Origin: an uncultured archaeon
GTDB taxonomy: Archaea > Thermoproteota > Bathyarchaeia > Bathyarchaeales > Bathycorpusculaceae
Assembly: GCA_963810275.1 (NCBI GenBank)
Contig: CAWENF010000021.1
Location: 96,001-160,000, forward strand
Direction of reading: 5' to 3'
Length of the DNA: 64,000 nucleotides
Translations under genes and position numbers: made by a program
The notes under the pieces: generated by a model
Seen by the model: only the letters and a program-made list of their open reading frames with translations
Told to the model about the DNA's origin: nothing
The model's database searches: none
Part shown: piece after piece, positions 58,840-64,000 of the stretch
Layout: each line of letters begins with the position of its first letter
How positions within the stretch are numbered: the first letter of the stretch is position 1

Positions 58840-60975
58840 TTGTCAACCGCCATTAACTCTAAACCAGAAAACAACCTCTCAAACACAGATAAAATACTTG
58901 ATAACCCAAACTATTATATTAACCGTGAACTCAGCTGGGTTAGATTCAACGCTCGTATCTTAGAAGAAGCCCACGACGAGTGGCATCCTCTTCTTGAACG
59001 TGTTAAATTCATAGCTATCTGCGGCAGCAACCTCGACGAGTTTTTTATGACAAGAATCGCTCGGCTGATAAAAAAAATCAAGAAGAAATCAAATGAATGC
59101 TCCATGGACGGAATGACCACTATTGAGCAGGTTGAGGCTACCCGAGAAGAGATTTTGCCTCTGCTTCTCAAGCACTCTGAATGTTGGAAAAACGAAATTG
59201 TCCCTGCGCTTTCTAAAGAGGAAATTTACATCAGAAAATTTGTAGAGCTACCAGAAAAAGATAAAGAAAAAATCTTGGATCACTTTAAGTCCAAAATTCT
59301 ACCCTCAGTAACTGTTTGCAAATCTAACTGGGACAGCAACACCATAGAAAACCTCCGCGTTTCTCTATGTGTAACGGGTTTCTCAGATGGTTCGTACTGC
59401 CTAGTAAATTTGCCCTCAGATGAGTTCGGCAGATTGATAAAAATCACACGTAGCACCTACCGAGAAATGCTCAATTTTGACTTTGAATTCATCTTCCTAG
59501 AAGATCTTGTAGCTAACAACTTGGATTTAGTTTTTCCAAATGAAAAGAACTTGATAGCGTATCCGTTCAGGCTTACTCGAAATGGCGAAATAGACATCCT
59601 AATGGATGAATCCTCGGATTTCCTCACTTCAATCAAGAAGGGGCTATCAAAAAGAAAAACGGGTTTCCCAAGCCGACTTGAATTTGACAAAAAAACTCCA
59701 CCTGAACTGCGCAAAAACATAGCTGAACGGCTTTATTTAGATGAAAAATTCATTTACGAATTTGATGGTCCCTTGGGTTTTGTTGACCTCTGGCAACTCT
59801 ATAAACTGAATAGACCAAGCCTTAAGGACAGAACCTTCCTACCATCAATTCTGCCGCTACTAACGCCTGAGATGAACTTGTTTACCACCATTGCCAAAGG
59901 TGACATCGTCCTATACCATCCTTACGATGGTTTCGAAGTCATAATTGACTTCCTAAAAGAGGCAGCGCAAGACAAGTACGTAGAGAAAATCTGCATAACC
60001 ATGTATCGCATGGACCATAAATCGCCCATTGTGGAAGCTTTGATGTTAGCGGCAAAGAACGGAAAAAATGTTACTGCCGTAGTGGAGTTAAAAGCGAAAT
60101 TCGACGAGGAGAACAACATACTGCTTGTTTCTAAACTCAAAGAGGCGGGAGTTAAGTGCGTTTACAACTTCCCCAATTTTAAAGTACACGCTAAACTGTG
60201 TCTTATTGTACGTAAAGAAAAGACGGGACTGGGCAGGTACTGCCATATCGGTTCAGGCAACTATAACGCTGTGACGGCTAAAATCTATGGCGACATCGGC
60301 TACCTGACCGCTAACCGTGATGTGGGCAAAGAACTGGAGGAACTTTTTGACATTATCATTAATGGGTTGCAGGAAAAAGACTTCAAACACCTGCTTGTGG
60401 CACCTAAAACGTTGAAGAATGAAATTCTAAATCGTATTGAACGGGAAATTGAGGTTCATAAGAAAACTGGTCAAGGATATCTTGCGTTTAAATTAAATAA
60501 CTTGGAAGAAAAAGACGTGATTAAAGCGCTTTATCGGGCGTCTATGAAGGGAATAAAAATTGAACTCAACGTCCGAGCATTATGTTGCCTTAGACCGGGC
60601 ATTCCGGGCGTTAGCGACAACATATCAGTTATATCCATTGTGGGCCGCTTCCTTGAACATGCCCGCATTTACTACTTCGAAAACGGCGGCGACAGCGACC
60701 TTTTGATCGGCAGTTCTGATTTGATGTTTCGTAATCTCAATGAAAGGGTCGAAGTGCTCTTCAGTGTGCCGGACCCTAAGATTCGGCAGTCAATTCTTGA
60801 GAACATGCTTAAAATTCATTTAAAGGACAATGTTAAAGCCAGAAGGCTGTTGACAAATGGAACATACCATAAAGTCACTCCTAAACCGGGCGAGGCGGGC
60901 TTGAACTCGCAGTTCTGGCTCATCCAAAACCGAGGCATATGGCATGAATACGCAGCTTACATCCCAAAAACCTAA
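58840..60975 (+). CDS. ppk1: Polyphosphate kinase 1
   Basis: NRELSW..FN.R, NLDEFFM.R, YHPYD.F, ELKAKFDEENN, KVHAK, GRFLEHAR, RVE. Confidence 0.97.
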   Translation: MSTAINSKPENNLSNTDKILDNPNYYINRELSWVRFNARILEEAHDEWHPLLERVKFIAICGSNLDEFFMTRIARLIKKIKKKSNECSMDGMTTIEQVEATREEILPLLLKHSECWKNEIVPALSKEEIYIRKFVELPEKDKEKILDHFKSKILPSVTVCKSNWDSNTIENLRVSLCVTGFSDGSYCLVNLPSDEFGRLIKITRSTYREMLNFDFEFIFLEDLVANNLDLVFPNEKNLIAYPFRLTRNGEIDILMDESSDFLTSIKKGLSKRKTGFPSRLEFDKKTPPELRKNIAERLYLDEKFIYEFDGPLGFVDLWQLYKLNRPSLKDRTFLPSILPLLTPEMNLFTTIAKGDIVLYHPYDGFEVIIDFLKEAAQDKYVEKICITMYRMDHKSPIVEALMLAAKNGKNVTAVVELKAKFDEENNILLVSKLKEAGVKCVYNFPNFKVHAKLCLIVRKEKTGLGRYCHIGSGNYNAVTAKIYGDIGYLTANRDVGKELEELFDIIINGLQEKDFKHLLVAPKTLKNEILNRIEREIEVHKKTGQGYLAFKLNNLEEKDVIKALYRASMKGIKIELNVRALCCLRPGIPGVSDNISVISIVGRFLEHARIYYFENGGDSDLLIGSSDLMFRNLNERVEVLFSVPDPKIRQSILENMLKIHLKDNVKARRLLTNGTYHKVTPKPGEAGLNSQFWLIQNRGIWHEYAAYIPKT

Positions 60976-63284
60976 ACCTCTTGGAAGCTACTGCGAATTC
61001 GGTGCAGAAACACTCATTAAACTTTTAATGGGCACAGACGACTTAATCGAAGGCGTTTTAGAAAACCAAGACAAAGAGTTTGTGCACAAGACTCGTGTGG
61101 CTTCTCGCAGGTTGAGAGCTGCGTTGCCGCTTTTTCGCGACTGCTACTCAAAAAAAGACTACCGCAACTGGCTAAAGGAAATCCGAAAAGTCACACGGTT
61201 GCTATCCGTTGCAAGAGACCTTGACGTGCAAATCGCTTTTATTGAACAGTATATTAAAAAGTTAACCTCAGAAACAGAAAAACCAGCTTTTAACGCCATT
61301 TTGCGCAGTCACAAAGCCCGCCGGAGACATGCTCAAACCGAGGTGGTAGCAGGCTTAGAAGAGTTAAGAAACGTGGGAACCATCAACCAAATTCGAAGAA
61401 TTAGCAGGCAAATTATAGCTAAAGAATCAGTGCAAACCTTAAAGCCCAGCGAAGTTTTGGAGCGTTCCCACTGGCATATTTCATTTAGACTTGATGATTT
61501 CTTATCGATGGAAAGATATGTTTATCAAGAAAGAAGAAAAATCGAACACCATCAAATGCGCATTTACGCTAAGAAACTGCGCTATACAATGGAATGCTTT
61601 GCTCCACTCTACGACGATAGACTAGAGAAAGAAATCGGGACGATTAAAGCGTTTCAGGATGTTTTGGGAGAAATGCATGACTGTGACGTTTGGTTAGAAT
61701 TTATTCCGCAGTACAGACAGAAAATAAGAAAAAGAGCTGCACCAAATAAGTACATCGGCGAACCTCTGAAGAACTTCATGGTTTACATGTTGCAGCGGAG
61801 AAGAAAGTTCTATAGCCAATTCACCGAGCTCTGGAAAGAGAAAAATGGAAGCGACTTTTTTAGTCAACTTAGAAAGAAAACGGGGTCAGCATTCATGACT
61901 CAAAATTTAAATTACGCTAAAGCCGCACTTAGGAAGCCAACAGTTAAAATTGCTTTGCTCTCAGATGTGCACGCTAACGCTGAGGCTTTGGTGAGAGTCA
62001 TCGCTGACGCTGAGAACAGGGGAGCCAACGTTTTCCTAAACGCAGGTGACTCTGTGGGGTTCGGTGCATCCCCAAACGAAGCCGTGCACTTACTAGCCGA
62101 GAAAAATGTATTGAGCGTCATTGGCAACTTTGACTTGGAAGTGCTAAATGGAACTGGTGATGCAAAAGGCGAGAAAAAACTTGGCGTACACATTTACACG
62201 TAAAAAGCTATCTAAAGCTACTCAAAGTTACCTCTCAAGCTTACCATATGAATTGCGGCTAAGGGTTGTGGGTAAAACATTGCTTTTGACACATGGGTCG
62301 CCGAAAGATATCAACGAGCATATTCTTCCCAACTCGCCAGATGACAAATTCCGAGAGTGGACAAAAAAGGCGAAAGCCGATTTGGTGGTTGTGGGTCATA
62401 GCCATGAACAGTTCAGGCACCAAACAGGCAACTCAGACTTCATCAACCCAGGCAGCGTGGGACGCCCCGGCGACGGCAACCCCCAAACGGCTTATGCAAT
62501 GCTTACGTTCACCCCGCTAAAAGTAGAGTTAATCAGACTTAACTACGACGTCCAAAGCGCAGCTGACCGCATAAGAAAGGCTGGCTTACCTGAAAGTTAC
62601 GCGCAGATGTTGCTTACTGGCTTATCACTGGATTTCACACTAAAGGAGGACCGCGACCGATGGGGAGGGGGACTTAAAAACCGTAAGACGACGCTTAAGT
62701 CATGCAGGGAATTTGCGACTAACCGCTGGCCCGATGTTGAGCACTTCATGCAAGTGGAAGATTTAACGTTAAACTTGTTTGACGCCCTTAAAGAAGAGCA
62801 CAAACTGGATGGGCGAGAACGTTTCTGGCTCCAATGCGCCGCTATCCTTCACGATACAGGTCTTTCAAAAGAAGGCAGCAAACACCACAAGAAATCAGCT
62901 CAAATTATTTTGAACTCGACGGAGCTACCTTTTTCGTCTATGGAGAGAAGAATAATAGCCTGCATAGCCAGGTATCACCGTAAAGCTTTACCCAAATTTA
63001 GTGACGACATTCTTCAAGGTCTTAACCGTAAGACGGTGGAGAAAATCTGCATATTAGCAGCCATTTTACGTATAGCTGATGCTTTAGACTACACTCATCA
63101 GGCGACTGTCAAAATCTCGTTAGTGAAGCTGGGAGCCAAAAAAATAAGTGTCTATTGCATTTCACCCTCACCATTACCTCAGGAAGAAGAAGCATTCAAC
63201 AAAAAGAAGGATCTATTTGAGAAAGTATTCAACAAGAAAACGGTGTTGATATGGAGCCAACAGACAAAAAAGGTGAACGCATAG
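60944..63284 (+). pseudogene. CHAD + calcineurin-like metallophosphoesterase + HD (Ppx C-terminal-like) fusion, split by one frameshift near 62175-62184
   Basis: CHAD: VHKTRVASRRLR, RDLDV, HQMRI.AKKLRY, QDVLG.MHD. Phosphoesterase: SDVHAN, GD.VG, GNFD | HGSP, GHSH, NPGSVG. HD: AILHDTG..HHKKS..ARYHRK..LRIADALD. Confidence 0.88.
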
Positions 63285-64000
63285 TCGGATTCATTGATAT
63301 CGGCACAAACGCCGTACGTCTCTTAGTGGTGCGTATCAACCCTAACTTCAGTTATACGATAATCAGTCAAGAAAAAGAAGTTGTCCGACTGGGTGAAGGG
63401 GAATTCAAAGACAATATCCTAAAAGAGGGCGCAATAGAACGCACTATTTTTGTCTGCCAAAAATTCGCAGAGTTAGCCCACACCTACGGAGCATCGGAAA
63501 TAGTTTCAGTAGGCACCTCAGCCATCAGAGAAGCTGAAAATCAAAAAGAATTTCTAAAACAGGTTAAAGAAAAAACGGGCATAGAAATCAGAGTTATTTC
63601 TGGCCCAGAGGAAGCGCGCCTTATCTGGTTGGGAGTCGCAAGTGGGATAGACATCGGCGACCAAAAAGCTATTTTTATAGATTTAGGCGGCGGCAGCATT
63701 GAAATCGTCATCGCTAATCAGCGACAAAGCTTCTACATGAACAGTCTCAGACTCGGAGCAATCCGATTAACATCGAAGTTCATCGGGGAAGGCTGGACAG
63801 GACCAGTAAAGGCTGAGACTTATAAGAAAATCAAGCAGTACGCTTACAGCAAAATCAATGTGGTTAAACCTCGCATTCTAGAATACGGCATCAGGTTGGC
63901 ATATGGCTCTTCAGGTACGCTGGTAAACTTGGCTGAAGTTTCAAACAAACTTTTCAAAAAAGCAAGTGGCAATGGAGAGCTGGTGCTGTCCAGGAAAAAC
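63251..64000 (+). CDS. ppx: Ppx/GppA exopolyphosphatase, 3' end outside the window
   Basis: Manual translation: MEPTDKKGERIVGFIDIGTNAVRLLVV..VVRLGEG..GTSAIREAEN..ISGPEEARL..DLGGGS. Overlaps the upstream gene end. Confidence 0.95.
   Translation, partial: MEPTDKKGERIVGFIDIGTNAVRLLVVRINPNFSYTIISQEKEVVRLGEGEFKDNILKEGAIERTIFVCQKFAELAHTYGASEIVSVGTSAIREAENQKEFLKQVKEKTGIEIRVISGPEEARLIWLGVASGIDIGDQKAIFIDLGGGSIEIVIANQRQSFYMNSLRLGAIRLTSKFIGEGWTGPVKAETYKKIKQYAYSKINVVKPRILEYGIRLAYGSSGTLVNLAEVSNKLFKKASGNGELVLSRKN

Overview
Archaeal chromosomal window whose gene content and protein styles fit Bathyarchaeia or a related TACK lineage (inference from thermosome, aIF-1A, archaeal uS10, single-OB SSB, TackOD1-type and large PQQ-propeller surface proteins). 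About 1.3-17.8 kb is a visibly AT-richer, decaying accessory region. It holds aIF-1A, small Zn-finger ORFs, Alba and histidine-kinase pseudogenes, a CBS+HPF ribosome-hibernation-type protein, a radical SAM protein, a TrmB/propeller pair and pyruvate kinase. The rest is mostly housekeeping: uvrBAC, SSB, thiolase/HMG-CoA synthase, pncB, mre11-rad50, membrane proteases, uS10 and a polyphosphate cluster (ppk1, CHAD-phosphoesterase-HD, ppx). I found no tRNA, rRNA, CRISPR array or intact mobile element. The most striking observation is an intact thiolase-fold gene that has lost all recognisable catalytic residues and is translationally coupled to a DUF35-HMG-CoA synthase fusion. Also notable are ORFs that appear to use non-canonical starts, several candidate structured RNAs, and four otherwise intact genes split by indels that may be assembly errors. 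All calls were made by eye, without database searches.
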